A stretch of DNA of 64,000 nt from the human T2T-CHM13v2.0 reference genome, Homo sapiens (GCF_009914755.1 NC_060944.1); one strand, 5' to 3'; numbered from the stretch's first letter, positions 1 through 16,270 are shown. Program-made: numbers and translations. Notes: generated by a model from the letters alone, not told the origin.

Positions 1-333
<333 letters not shown>

Positions 334-1459
334 TCACCTAATCTTGCTTTACTTTCCTCATCTATCAAATGTGAATAATCATCATCCAGCCCTGCCTACT
401 TCACCAAATTGCGATCCCAGGAGATAATGAGAAAGCTCTTTGTAAATTGCTTAAGGGCTTGTAGCTGTGATTTTTAATTATAATAATAATCATCATAATA
501 ACCCTTGGCCATTGTCATATCCGCTGCATTCTCCTCAGAGCCCAGCCCAGCCCAGCCCGCTCCTCTCCTGAGACAGGTCCTCTTTGCCTGTTTGTGCTCA
601 GAGGCATCCCATGAAGTGTCGCCTCTGTCTGAGTTGGGAGGACCTTAGAGATGGTCCTTGCCGTTGCCCTTATTAGCCTGAGGAGGGAAACATGCTCAGG
701 GAGAAAAAGTGACACCCGCAAAGTCACACAGCTGGTCAGTGGTAATTGGAACACCTTATCTGTGGCTCCTGTCTTCAGTCTGAACAGTGCTTTTTCCCTA
801 GTTGCAACTTTAGGCCCAGAAGCAGGAGCTCAGGGCAGATAGAGGCCTGGAGTGGGCTCTGCATATGTTCCAGAGGTGAGGATGCAACAGGAGAGTGTCC
901 TGCTGTCAGGATTAGAACCCCAAGAAAGGGGTCCCTGGGCTCTGAGTGAGCAGGCTGAATGGGCCGGTTGTTCTGTTATCACTCTGGCTATGGCCATCTC
1001 TGCCTACTCTGGTGGGAGGGCCACCATGCGGGGCTCTGGAGTCTAGATGTAACCCAAGGCTTCAGTGTCCCTGTTGACAGCCAGGGTGGCATTTCTCAGC
1101 AGGTCCTGTCCCTCTAAGCCTTGCCTTGGTGGGTCTAGGGAAAGCTCTGGGAAAGAGAGAGGGCTTATACTGTCCTGGTAGTTTCTGGCAAGTCATCTTC
1201 CTTTCCCCCCACACTGGGGAAGCCAGGCCCCTCCTTGGCCCCTTGATTCTTCTTTCCTTTCCTCCCTCCTCTTCTCAGTTTGCTCTCTCCCTTCTGTCTG
1301 CTTTCTCCCCTTCCCTCTCCCCACCTTGTCCCCAGATTAGAGGTCTAAAGATAGAGTCTCCAGGCCCACTTCAGGTGGGTGGTTTTGGGTTTGCTTGAGG
1401 CCACCTAGAATTAGAAAGTCTAGAGTCTTCCTCATAAGAGGCTCACTCTGGTGACTTAT

Positions 1460-1660
1460 AATCAACTGCTTATGTTTATTGGCTTACTGTGTGCCAGGCC
1501 CTGTGCTAAGCGCTTTACATGCCTTATGTCTTTTAATCCTTACAACTACCAAGTGAGGCAGAGATGATGATCCCCGTCGTATTACAGGAGGCTAAATAAC
1601 TTGCCCAAGGCCTACGCAGTCCTCAGCCAGCAAGTGGCACAGCTGGGATTTCAATCTAGA
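1460..1660 (-). mobile_element. MIR
   Basis: ttactgtgtgccaggccctgtgctaagcgctttacat...aataacttgcccaagg. Confidence 0.8.
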
Positions 1661-2593
1661 TCTGTCCGAAGCCCACCGGTACTCTTGAGTCTTTCCTATA
1701 TGGCCTGTGACAGAGCCTGCGGGAGCATTTAGGTGTCCACAGAGGGGCATGCATTTGCTCAAATTCAGAGAACAAATTCTTGACTCTGAAAGAAGGGCTT
1801 CCAATCGAGGAATCTTCCCTCCCAGGCCTGCACTCTGGCAGCACCTCCGGGACTGGCCTTTCTACAGCATCAGCCTTGGGGCCCGCCAAGGCTCTGAGCC
1901 CATCTGGTTCTAGGCAGCTGCCCACCTGTAGGAGAGACACTGCATCGGTATGGGGGGTGGTGACAGGGCCCATCTGAAGGTACTTGCCTTTTTTCCTAGT
2001 TATTGTTTTGTCTCTGGCCACCTCAATTTTTCATTGAATCGAGTCTTCCACTTAAAGAAGCATATCATTTGCAAAGAGCATTACTTTTGTCTCCTCACAA
2101 GACTGCTTGGGAGCTTGGATATGCTGCAGGCTCAGTGACGGGTGGAACTCTGGAAGAAGTGGGGAGGGAGGCAGAGACCGGAGCCAGGAGACCCAGGTTC
2201 AGAGGTACATATCCACCAGAAGAAAAAAAGGAGCTGGCCTGAGGGCCAGAGGGAGGTGGCCTGGAGAGAGGGAGGAATAGGAAACCTGCTCTCACCCCAT
2301 GTGCAGCCCGGGAGTCCAGACTCCCTCCCAGTCAGGGCTGCTGGTCTCAGACTGTCACTCAGGAATCTGGGCAGCTGCAGTCAGCTTGTTGAGCCTCCAC
2401 CCACCCCAACCGAGACCATTATGTTGGTCAGCCTGGCTCAGCCCAGCCACCTGCCTGCCTGAGCAGGTGGCTCAGTCAGAAGGGACCTTGGTGAAGGAGT
2501 GGTGGCTTTGAAACTTCTATCCACAGAGCCACTCTTCATAGGCAAGGGAGCAGAAGTTCAATTTGTGAAACACCTAAAAGGGGGAGCAGCTTA

Positions 2594-3112
<519 letters not shown>

Positions 3113-3919
3113 TCAGATCCGAGGTAGGGCCCCGGAAGCAGCCTGCTGTAACAGTCTCCCCATCGAGATGATTGGGACACAGATGGTTCTCAGATTGCCC
3201 TTGTAGAAGGCTGGCCTCAGATGTTCATGAACTTCTGAAATATGGCATGCACAATGTTAAGAGTGTGCATTGTCCCTAGGAGAGGATCCACAGGCACCAT
3301 CTGTCTTGGAGTCACAACCCATACAACTTTAGAACTGCTGTCTTCAGGGTTGTTTTGCGCAGTTGGAGCCTAACGTCTAGAGAAAGGTCACCAGGGAGCC
3401 AATGGCAGAGCTGGGTGGAGAGGGCTGGTCTCTCATGCCTCTCAGCACATTACTGGCTTTGCTGTGAAGGTGGTCAGGGACTGTAGACCTGTCCCTCTGT
3501 CTGGGCCTCAGTTTTCCTAGCTGTAAAATGGGGGTTGGACAGGATAATCCCAAGTTTCCATGCAGCTTTGATCTGTGGTTCTGGAAGTCAGGTCTCCTGC
3601 TGCCCAGTCCAAGTTCTTTGTCCTTTTCCTTGCTCCTCCCTGGCTTCACCCACCACTGGGGGGACCTCCCACTTTTGCATCTTCCATCTTCAGAGATTCT
3701 GGACACAGCCTGCATTCTGGCCCCTTGAGTCCCTTCTGTCTGACCACATGCCCAAATGCTCAAGTCCTTTCTCCCTTTCCGTCCCCACTCACCATAATTG
3801 AGCAAGGTGCCTGTGAATCTGGGGAAGCTCAAGGTGACCTCTGTTCAGAGCTGGACATGTGGGTCAGTGCCAAGGGGAGGGCTGCGAAAACTAATTTCCT
3901 GAGGCTCCTGGGACACACC

Positions 3920-4290
3920 CAGTGCTTCCTATGTCTTTGCCCTAGCTCCCTCTGTTCCTCCCTGCCAAGAATGCCACCCCCTCCATTCCCCAATCACTGT
4001 TGAAATCCTGTCTGCCTTTTCAAGGCTCAGCTCAGATGCCAGCCTATGTCCTACAAAGCCTTGTAAGCCCTCCCCCTCACTCCAAGATGAAATTTGTCTT
4101 TAACTCCTCTGCACTCCCTTAGTACCTTATCTGTTCCCCTCTGGGGGATGAGTTCTTTTTGGTCTTAGCTTTATCCAGGGAGGTGGCTTTCACCGGGTTG
4201 TGAGCACTGGGATGCCTTATGTCTTATTCTTTGCTTCCCAGCACCTAGCATGGGGCTGTGCACAGAACAAGTTCTTAATTGAGGCTTACT
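3920..4290 (+). mobile_element. L2 3' fragment
   Basis: ttcaaggctcagctcagatgcca...tcccagcacctagcatggggct. Confidence 0.6.
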
Positions 4291-4419
4291 AAGTTTGCAG
4301 AATCTGCCTCCAGCTCTGGGCTGAGCTGGCCTCTTTACAGCCCCTATGGCCCATGTCACTGGCAGGCCATGGTTTCTCACAGGGCCCCTCCCTCTATTTG
4401 TGGATTGGAGGGAGGCCAA

Positions 4420-4650
4420 GTAGGGCAATAAGAACTTAAATTCCGATCTTGATTCTGCCATTTCTGGGCTGTGTGACCTTGAGCAGATCACTTCCTCTCT
4501 CCGAGCCTTAATTTTCTCAGTTTAAAACAAAGAGGTAGGGATGACAAGTCTACTGGGGGCTTGGGTGAATTAACTGAAGTGCTTTGTGTAAAATGCTGAT
4601 AAAAGCATTGTAAAGAACAAATAGCTAATAAATGATTATGAGTTATTATT
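4420..4650 (+). mobile_element. MIR
   Basis: gctgtgtgaccttgagcagatcacttcctctctccgagcct. Confidence 0.7.
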
Positions 4651-4679
4651 TTTTGGTTAATAGTTATTACCATTGTTTC

Positions 4680-4986
4680 TTTTTCTTTCTTTTTTTTTTT
4701 TTTTTTGAGACAGAGTCTCACTCTGTCGCCCAGGCTGGAGTGCAGTGGCGTGATCCAGCTCACTACAAGCTCCACCTTCTGGGTTCACGCCATTCTCCTG
4801 CCTCAGCCTCCTGAGTAGCTGGGACTACAGGCGCCCGCCACCATGCCTGGCTAATTATTTTTGGATTTTTAGTAGAGACAGGGTTTCACCGTGTTAGCCA
4901 GGATGGTCTCGATCTCCTGACCTCATGATCTGCCCGCCTCGGCCTCCCAAAGTGCTGGGATTACAGGCGTGAGCCACCGCCCCGGC
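4680..4986 (-). mobile_element. AluY
   Basis: Diagnostics ttcacgccattctc and gttagccaggatgg; 16-bp TSD ttattaccattgtttc (4664-4679 / 4988-5003). Confidence 0.95.
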
Positions 4987-7824
4987 ATTATTACCATTGT
5001 TTCAACAAACATCTACTACGTTCTGAGCATTGTGCTGCGGGGGCCAGGGTGAGAGACAAAAAAATAATAATAACAGGAGTTCCTTGGTCTCCAGGGTCTT
5101 AAGGTCAAATGAGGCAGTAAGACTCTAGTACAAGAAGTCAGTGTCTGGCAGAGATGTGGCTGAGTGAGTTGAGGGGGGAGTCATTAGTGTAGAGGTGACA
5201 ACAGGCTAGAGGTGACATTTGAGCCAGAAGGGCATGAAGTAGGAAGGGCAATGACAGGCTGGGAGGAGACCCATATTCCCTGTGGAGAATGGGGAAGTGG
5301 GGTGCATATTTGGAGAGTTTCAGGAAGGAGGCGGGAAAGAGCAGAGCGGAAGCAGAGTTAGAATTTCCCTGCAGAAGGGGCATAGGGTCGGCACCCCGGA
5401 TGGAGCAGGAACTTCAAGCTTTGTTTTGCCAAGAAGAATTTGGGGGAGTGATGACTCATGATGCCGCCATTGAGAGTAAGAGAGAGACTGCCGGGAAGAT
5501 GGGGTAGAAAAGTGAGGCTTTATGGCAGAGAGAGTGGGGACCAGGGAGGTGGGGGGACATTGTCCCTCTCTGCCCAGGCTTGTGCTAAGAATGGTGGCAA
5601 GTGGGCTTCAGTTCCGGGCTTCTGCAGGGCTGCCTGTTTATCTGGCCAAGATTGGGATTTGAACATTGATGTCTGAAGTTAAAGCATGAAATGACTCCAG
5701 AAATGTCAGAATCTCTATATGTCAGAGCCCACCAGCAGAAGTGATCTCTGAATCCACCTCCCTCATGCCACGCTATGCAGGTGGGAAGCAGAGGCCTGGG
5801 AGGAGGAGATGGCACCCAAGAACACCGAGTGAACTGGCCTCGCGCGCTCTGGATGGGCTGTGCGCACTCTGGATGGACCTAGGCCTGTGTTAGGGTGAGG
5901 AGGGGGCCAGGGAACCCATGAAGGATGTACATGACAAGCAAACGTTAAGCTGGGAGCAGTCTGTTGCTAGGGTGTGTGCGTGATCCCAGGTGAGTGGGAT
6001 GTGAGTGGGCCGGAGCCGTCATCATTCCAGGCTTTCCTTCCGGAAAAGGAGAAAGGGCCACATAGGTGGGAACCAGGGGAATATTGGGATGTGGGGGAAA
6101 TCAGGGGGTGGCTTGAGAAGAGGAGGCTGTTGCCAAGCAGCAAGAGACATGACTGTATGAGAACAGAACAGGCACCCTAGCGTCTGTGGGCCTGGCACTG
6201 TACAGCCCTGGACTGTAGTGGTATCACCTCCATTGCAGGGGAAGAAACCAGGGCTTCCAAGGTCAGAGCTAGGAAGAATGGAGTCAGGAGTGGCATCCAG
6301 GGCTGGAGGACTTCAGAGCCATGTCTCTGGCATGCCCTGGGTGGCAGCCATTCCAGTTCTTGTGAGGTCCTGGGGTCAAAGGGGTCAAGGAGGTACTCAG
6401 CCCAGGGCAAGTCATCTTTTGCTTCCTTTCACTTCTTCTCCATCAATCTGCCCATTGAGCGGGCCTGTTTTCTTCTACTTTACCCACCCCCCTTAATTTG
6501 TTGATGAAAAATATTTATTGAGCACCTATTATGTGCCAGGCACTGCCCTTGATTTCATGGAACTTATGCCATCGCTTCTTGGCACAGAGGGCTATCCCAC
6601 ATTGCCAGGGAGTGATGGGAAGAAGGAGGGGAGGGGGCCACTGGCCACTTCTCTCTCCCTTTACATGAGCCCCTCCCTCTTCTCAGCCTCTATCCCCTTG
6701 CAAATGCCCCTAGCCCCAGATGGTTCTTGTTGGAACTACCTCCTGCTGAAATGAAAACCAGTCAGAGTTAATTGTTAAACCTAATAGCTGGTGAGAGTTT
6801 CACTCTCCTGGGCTGGTGGGAGGGGGGCTGCACCCCAGGGGAGGGGTGGAGTCACCCAGGTTTTTCTGGCTGGTACCTGCCACCTTTTCCCTATTCTGGA
6901 ATCTGCTTCCAGGGCCCTCTCCTCCCCTCCTCCCCAGGGGGCAGGCTGCCACCTGGCCCTTTCCCCTGCCTCCAGCTAAGGTGACCCTGGGAGGTGAGCA
7001 CTGGCTCTGGCCTTAGTCCAAGGGCCTCTGGGTGAGTGCTCTTAGGGGAGGTGTGGGGGAGGGCAGGGTGCCTAGCCCTGGAGACCCGTCCAGAGGCCAG
7101 GCAGCCAGTGGACCTTGCTGGCTTTGCCTCCTGCTGGGTGTGGGTGGGGGAACTAAGGATGGTGCCACAGTGGCCTAAGCCCTGCACACAGGACCACTGC
7201 CTGTGCAGCCCATGCCATGCCGTTCCGCTCTCCTTCCCTTTTGTCCTCTTCATTGAGTTTCTTATTCTGGGCCATTCTCTGCCAAAAGACTGGGAGATTT
7301 GGGCACCCTGAGAATAGTGGCAAAGGCTTATTACTTCTAGAAGGCTGAGCCTCGGGGTAGGCCCCTGCCAAAGTTTAGGGACAGAGCTCAGGGTTCCAAG
7401 TCAGCAGGCCTAGTCAAAGCTGGGTGACTTTGCGCAGGTGACTTACCTCTGTGAGCCACAGCCTCATCCTCTGAACACTACAGGAGTTCCTATTTTGGGG
7501 AGGTTTGAGGGGTCAGTGAAGGACACTGGGTACTCAGATCCCATTGTCACCATCACTGTGTGGGCACCAGAGGTAAATATTAATTTTAGGTTCAGTAGGG
7601 TTTTGTTGAATGAGTAGATACCATTCTATTCAGAGGTAAGCTCACAGAGGTAAGTCAACTTTACCTTCGAGGCTTAGCTCTGGGCTAGGGCCAAGGAGGT
7701 CATCAGCCCAGGCCCTCAAGGACTTGACTGCAGAGCTGCAGCTGCCCTATACAGCAGCCATTAGTCACATGTGGCTAGTGGACATGTAAAATGTGGCTAG
7801 TGCCACCAAGGAACTGACCTTTTG

Positions 7825-8071
7825 AACTCTGTCGCCCAGGCTGGAGTGCAGTGGCACAATCATTGCAACGTCTGCCTCCCAGGCTCAAGCGATTCTCCTT
7901 CCTCAGCCTCTGGAATAGTTGGGATTACAGGCATGCCCCACCATGCTTGGCTAATTTTTTGTATTTTTAGTAGAGATGGGGTTTCGCCATGTTGTCTGGG
8001 CTGGTCTCAAACTCCTGAGCTCAGGCAAAGTAATCCCAAAGGATTTCAGGCATGAGCCACCAAGCCCAGCC
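7825..8071 (-). mobile_element. Old Alu (J/S), internally deleted, tail lost
   Basis: ctctgtcgcccaggctggagtgcagtgg...gagccaccaagcccagcc. Confidence 0.9.
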
Positions 8072-8155
8072 AAATTTTAAATTTTATTTAATATTTAATT
8101 TTATTTGATTTTAACTAATTTAACATTTTAAAAGAATGCTCCCTTCATTTATTGA

Positions 8156-8503
<348 letters not shown>

Positions 8504-8525
8504 TTTTTTTTTTTTTTTTAAATCA

Positions 8526-8847
<322 letters not shown>

Positions 8848-8976
8848 CTAAATATCTTATGAATATTTAGCATCTGAATCAAGATGTGTTGTAAGTATAA
8901 AATACACACTGGATTTAGAAGAGGATGTATTAAAAAATGTAAAATATCTCTATAGTCTTTTTAATTTTAGTTTTAA

Positions 8977-9294
<318 letters not shown>

Positions 9295-9364
9295 TGAGAT
9301 AGATATATTGGGTTAAATGAATATATTATGAAAATTAATTTCCCTCATTCCTTTGTGCTTTTTA

Positions 9365-9700
<336 letters not shown>

Positions 9701-9778
9701 TTAAATTACATATGTGGCTCGCATTGTATTTCTATTTGACAACACTATTGTAGACAGAGTTGAGTTGGGCACATTTGA

Positions 9779-10234
<456 letters not shown>

Positions 10235-10929
10235 GAGTTCAGGGCTTCTGATGGCAAATGAAAAACCTTGGTCTGGGTCCTCATCCTGGCCACGCCCTTC
10301 ACTTGCTCTGTGTGTGACCTTGGGCAATTCTCTTTGCTGAACTTGAGCCTTTCATCTGCAAACTGAGACTAATGGTGGTTGAGGGGATGGCCTGAGAAAT
10401 AATCCAAGTGAGTATTTAGCACAGTGCCTGGCATGCCTAAGCAGTCAAGTATTTGCTGTGTGGTGATTGCTACTACTGTTAGTGCGGGGGCTGTTGCCAC
10501 GACAGTACTGTTGCATCCAGCAGCTCATATTCAGTTATTCCATGTGCCTCAAGGGGACATTGGCCAGAGGGGAAGAAGTTAAAATAGCTTGAGGGTGGGA
10601 GTTGGGATGGGGATTTGGGGCTGCTTTGTATGATACCTCAAGAGATTGCTTGGTTTTCAGGTAGCTCCTTGGATATTCCTTTCTGCAAGTGATCAGGCAA
10701 AGATAAATTCCATTTTACAGATGAGGAAGCTGAGGCCTGTGAAGGGAAAGTGACCTGGCTACACAGCCGGAACCTGAATGCAGGACATTCTGCCCCTGTC
10801 GTGGTGGTATTGGAGCCAGCTAATGCCACCATTCGAGGTTGCAGGAGCAGCACCTGACCAGAAATCCAGAGCTTGTAAGCAATGGTTATTATTAGTCTTC
10901 TATAACTGGAAAGGATCTTGACATTGTTT

Positions 10930-11228
<299 letters not shown>

Positions 11229-11510
11229 TTGACATTGTTTAGTACAACGGTCTCATTCTGAAGTCGAAGAAACAGAGATGAGAGAGACAGAGCAAGAGGG
11301 AGAAAGAGAGAGAGAACTGCTGATCACATAGCAAGTTGGTGGCCAAGCTGGAGCTGATTCTGTTTGCTTAGATCCAGGCTTCAGCTCAGCCCCAGCAGGA
11401 TGGATGGCCCTGCTTGTCAGTGCCCTTCTCTCCTGCCCAGTCCCCAGAGAGGGCTTCTGAGAAAGAGGCTTTTGTTTCATCAGCTCCTCCTGGTTTCCTC
11501 TCAAGGTAGC

Positions 11511-11607
11511 TACACACATGTGCACACACACACACACTCACACCCATTGGCCCCAGTTTGCATTTGTTACACACACACACTCTCACATCCCATTGGCCTC
11601 AGTTTGC

Positions 11608-11653
<46 letters not shown>

Positions 11654-11675
11654 ATTGGCCTCAATTTGCATTTGT
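11511..11675 (+). repeat. Composite minisatellite: 3 x [(CA)n + CCATTGGCCYCARTTTGC]
   Basis: Three copies read directly; the longest (CA)n runs ~11611-11653. Confidence 0.9.
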
Positions 11676-12493
11676 CCCTATTCCAGGTTTAAAGGACCCT
11701 GAAATTTGAAGACTATCCACACATATCTACTTTCTGGATATCCACGGAGAGACCATGGGCTTTTTCATCAAGGAGGCCTGAGTTCAAATCCTTCTTCTAT
11801 GTCTGATTCTCTCTGTGACCTTGGGCAAGTCACTTGTTCTTTTTTGACCTCAACTTCCTCATTTGAAAAGCAGGAACGGGAATGGTATGTGTACAACCTA
11901 GTGGTTTAGCTGGGCTCCAGACCCCAGCCGCAGTGTAGGGGTCTCAGCTCTGCCACTTATTCACTGCCTGGTCTTCAGTGAGTCATTTCATCCTTCTAGG
12001 TCTCAGTTTCCCCATCTTTGAATGGTGCTGCTACCTTTTGGACAGTTGTGATAAGGCACCTTGCTGAGCTGTTCACAGGCATCATCTCATTTAGTCCCCC
12101 CATTAGCCCTGGGAGCAGACACTTTTACTCCTATTTTCCAAATGAGGAAGTAAAGTGACTTGCCCTGGGCCACATAAGTAGTAAGTGTTAGAACCAGAAT
12201 TCAAACAGGTCTGAGTTACTCCAGAGCCTAAGCTCATAAACCACTGTGTGTTCTTCCTGTTCACCTGAGTTTCACATTTTACATGAAGTAGGAACACCTC
12301 ATCCCACCTGGAGACTGACTGTTCTGAGTGTGTGAGTCCAGGGTGCCTGTAGCTTCTCCCTCCAAGTCTCCTGCCCCATTGCATACTAAGCCTGACCTGT
12401 GGTTGGAGCTCAAAGAAGATTGAGAAAAGTACTTACATACTTTGAGTGAATTACACCAGAACAGGATGTGAATGCTAAAAAGACCCCGAGGGA

Positions 12494-12958
<465 letters not shown>

Positions 12959-13415
12959 CTAGTCCACCAGCAAGTTCTGGGGATACCACCTTTTAAATAC
13001 CTCTTGAGTCTGTCCACCTCTTTCTGTCTCTTCTGCAACCACCCTAGCTTAGGCCCTCATCATATCTCCGCTGGATAATCACAACAACCTCCTAACTGAT
13101 GTTCCTGCAGCTTCCCCTGCCCCTCTTCCATCCTCTACCCTGTAAGCCAGTGGTTTCTCTTTGCTCTTACAATAAAGAGCGAATCTTCTCCTTGGCCTCC
13201 AAGGTCCTTCGCTGCCTGGCCCCTGCTGCCGCTTCAGGTGCATATTTGTTACTTTCTATTTTGCTTTCCGCCTTGTCACAAGGCCTTTTTGTTTAACAGG
13301 TTCAGCAACTTCCCTAAGGTGCCTCAGAGAGTCAAATGCCAGCCTCTCAATTTCCAGCACATGCTGGGCTCATGAACTCCTGTTCTGAGGAGCTAACGCT
13401 GTTTCCTCCCTCTAG

Positions 13416-13470
13416 GTGCCTGACTGACAGAAGTTCTTGCCCCCGGGGAGCTGGTGTGGACAGAGGAGGG
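13416..13470 (+). other. EPB41L1: 55-nt non-coding 5'-UTR exon of an upstream-promoter transcript
   Basis: Branch point CTAAC 13393-13397, pyrimidine tract gtttcctccctctAG ending at 13415, donor GGG|GTGAGT at 13471. No ATG inside. Gene assignment from recalled locus structure. Confidence 0.75.
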
Positions 13471-14396
13471 GTGAGTGTTCTGGAGGCACAGACTTATTCT
13501 CCTTCTGCTGAGGTTGGACGAAGAGGTCTTCCAGGCCCTCGGCCTCTCGATTTTTGACATATTTGACTGCTGGGGAAGTGTGAGGCTTTGTCTACGCCAC
13601 CTGTTTCTGGTGGCGCTGAAAACGGGGGCCATGCTGGGGACCCTCCCTGGTTTTGGCTTGTTTTGGGTTAGGGGCTGAAATGCATATTCATCAAGCTCTG
13701 TATTCAAAAACAGGCTTTGCCTCTATTGCTCATCCATGCCACCGTGGCTGGTGAAGGACGGTGCTGGGCCTGGAAGCTGCCCCGTGGCCCTTGCCTGCCT
13801 TTGCTTCACCACTCCTAGGTCGTAGACTAGATTCAGGAGAGAGTGCTTTCATCCTGGCCCTGCCCGTTGACTACTACATGACCTTCCTTTCTACTGGCCT
13901 CAGGGTCACATCAACATTGGTGGATCAGGGGATGGGGGAAAGTAGGGTCAGACTAAATGACTTGTTTTCAAACTTTCCAGCAGGGAACTCTCCTTTTTCC
14001 ATTGCACCCCAAAGAATCTCAATGTACAAAACAGCTAAAGGGGTTGCAGTGTGGGTTGGAGTTGGCGTGGGGCTGGCCAATTCCTCAGCCCCCAGACAAT
14101 GCAACTGACCTTTTCTTGGCTTTATGGAAGACACTTTGGAAACCACTGGCCCGGGGCGTGTCAAAGCTTCTTCCCAACTTGGAGGTGCTGTGATTCTGGC
14201 AGGGCGAGGGAGTAGAGAGGGAACTCAGCCAATGGAGTTACATTGATTGGGAAATTTCGAAGTAACATGCAAATGTCACTGTGATGTTATTAGTAAGGCA
14301 CAATTGCCAGGGCTGTGATGTTGTCATTCTGGAGTCCTCTGGTTTTTAATTTTGGTTCAATGTGAAGTATCTTTGTACCCCTAGGGAAACTTTCCA

Positions 14397-14398
<2 letters not shown>

Positions 14399-14445
<47 letters not shown>
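14399..14445. repeat. (TG)n microsatellite
   Basis: About 23 perfect units. Confidence 0.95.
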
Positions 14446-14447
<2 letters not shown>

Positions 14448-14630
14448 ACATGTGTGTGCACCTGTAGGGAGCGGGAACTATGGGGAATGAAGTGTGGCTG
14501 AGCCAGGCTGGGACAGGTAGAATGAATGGTGGGCAGAGCTGGGAGCATGTTGCTCCTGGGGGTGGTGGGGGTAGGGGGTGGCTTTAGCTCGGTTAAAAGG
14601 AGCGATTTGGCTCCTTCCTACAGGGGCCCC

Positions 14631-14789
14631 ATGGAGATCTCTGGGCAGGAAGCATCGGGAACAAGGAATCCTCTGTCCACAGCCACAGCACAGCCGGACA
14701 GAGGAGGTGGATTAGGAGTTCCCGGGAGGGAGCCTGCTCAGCCTTTCCCTGACATTTGGGCAAATGTGTGGGGAGATGCGGAGCTCAAG
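14631..14789 (+). CDS. EPB41L1: Candidate alternative N-terminal coding exon (exon 14624-14789): MEISGQEASGTRNPLSTATAQPDRGGGLGVPGREPAQPFPDIWANVWGDAELK
   Basis: Acceptor ctccttcctacAG at 14623, ATGG at 14631, 53 open codons ending in phase 0 at strong donor AAG|GTATGT (14790). Confidence 0.45.
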
Positions 14790-15514
14790 GTATGTGCGCA
14801 TAGGGAAGGTGGGGCTCCGTTAAGGGGAGGTTGAGATCGGCTCATACATTTATTCCACACGTTCCTCAAGCTTCCTGAAGCCTTTCAAGGAGCCAAGCTC
14901 AGAAGCAGACAATTCTGTAGGAGTCAGAGCCAAGAAAGATGAGACTCTAGGTATTAACCACCATCAGTTTACTGAAGGAGACAGGAAATGTGAGAGATAA
15001 TAGACTTTCACAGGCAGCTGGGTGCAGTCGGAGCTAGTTGGCCGTGTGTCTAGAGCCCCACATTCAAGTTCTTGCTCTACAGTAATGGTCTCATGACTTC
15101 CCCTTTCTGAACCCTCATTTCTCCTTCTGTAGAATGCAGATGAACACATCCGCCCTAGCTACTTCTCAGTGCTTTTCTAAGTGTCAATTAGAATAGAGTT
15201 TTTCAAATCTCTTTGGGCAACAGAAACCCATATTGTAAGCATTTGTAGCAGAACTTGTCTGGTTCTGGGGCAGTTTACCCAGAATTTTGCCCTCCTCGTG
15301 GCTTAGTTTCCTGGGTGCTTTTGGAGATACCTCTGCAAATTCCCAGGGCTCTAGGAAGCAGGGTCTAAAGACCACTGGGTCAGGGTATTCTTGAGAACAT
15401 GCTTTGAAAACTGCCCACTGCAACCCAGGTGATAGGGGTGGTGCCACATACACAAGAGTAGTTATAATACTGGCTTCTGCTTGGCCCTGCCCATGGACAG
15501 CACTGACCTTATCT

Positions 15515-15930
15515 TAGTTAGGGTCTATACAATTGGGCATGGCTTTTTTCCAGAAACCAGTGACAAAAACTTAACTCAAAGTGGCTTTAAACCAAAAAAT
15601 GACTTTAGTGGATCCTGGGGCAGTTCATGGGACTGAAGAATGAAGAATCAGGTTGACTCTCTCTCTGCCATCACTGCCTGTCTCTCCCTTTTAAGCTGTC
15701 CTGTGTCCCAGCTTAGCAATCCAAACAGAAAAGGGAGACTCTTTTTCTTCTAGAATCTGTATGTCAATCCAAGGGAAGGACTCTGAGTGGTTCAATCACT
15801 GTTGCTGGGAGGATAGGAATATTCTGAGTGGCCAGGTGTGGGTCAGGTGCCTACCTATGTAGCTAACGTAGGGGCAGAGCTAGCACCAGACACCGGGGGA
15901 GTAGAAGGCTGTTGGCAGACCACGAGAACA
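15515..15930 (-). mobile_element. Old MLT1 (J/K/L-type) LTR fragment
   Basis: agtgacaaaaacttaactcaaagtggcttta and caatcactg...gagtggccaggtgtgggtcaggtgcctacc resemble MLT1K motifs. Confidence 0.5.
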
Positions 15931-16019
15931 TGCTAGGATATTAGTGGAGCTCTAGGTTGTAACAGCTCATAGGCCTGCAGGGGGCTGTAACTCCCCTCTT
16001 CAGTTATAGTAATGCAAAT

Positions 16020-16270
16020 GCCAACAATAATAACAATAGCTAATGTGCATTGAATTACTCTCCCTGTACCAGGCATGTTCTATTGTTTTATGTGTATTCT
16101 TTCATTTAACTGTCATGACAGTCTTTGGGTAGGTCCTATTATTACTATTATTTCCCCATATTATCGATGAGGAAACTGAGGCCCTGTTAAGTTAAGGCCA
16201 CACTTTGAGTAAGTAAGGGAGCTGGGTTTCAAGCCCAAGGTGTCTGGCTTCAGAGACCATGCTCTGACTA
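16020..16270 (-). mobile_element. MIR
   Basis: gatgaggaaactgaggc...ggagctgggtttcaagcccaagg. Confidence 0.8.

Noticed and set aside
11511-11675. Repeat-spacer-repeat pattern resembling a CRISPR array
   Set aside because: Spacers are (CA)n microsatellite, there are only three degenerate units, the context is mammalian, and no cas genes are present.
15482-15505. Possible REST/RE1 site (ccatggacagcac)
   Set aside because: Only the right half-site matches; the TTCAGCACC left half is absent.
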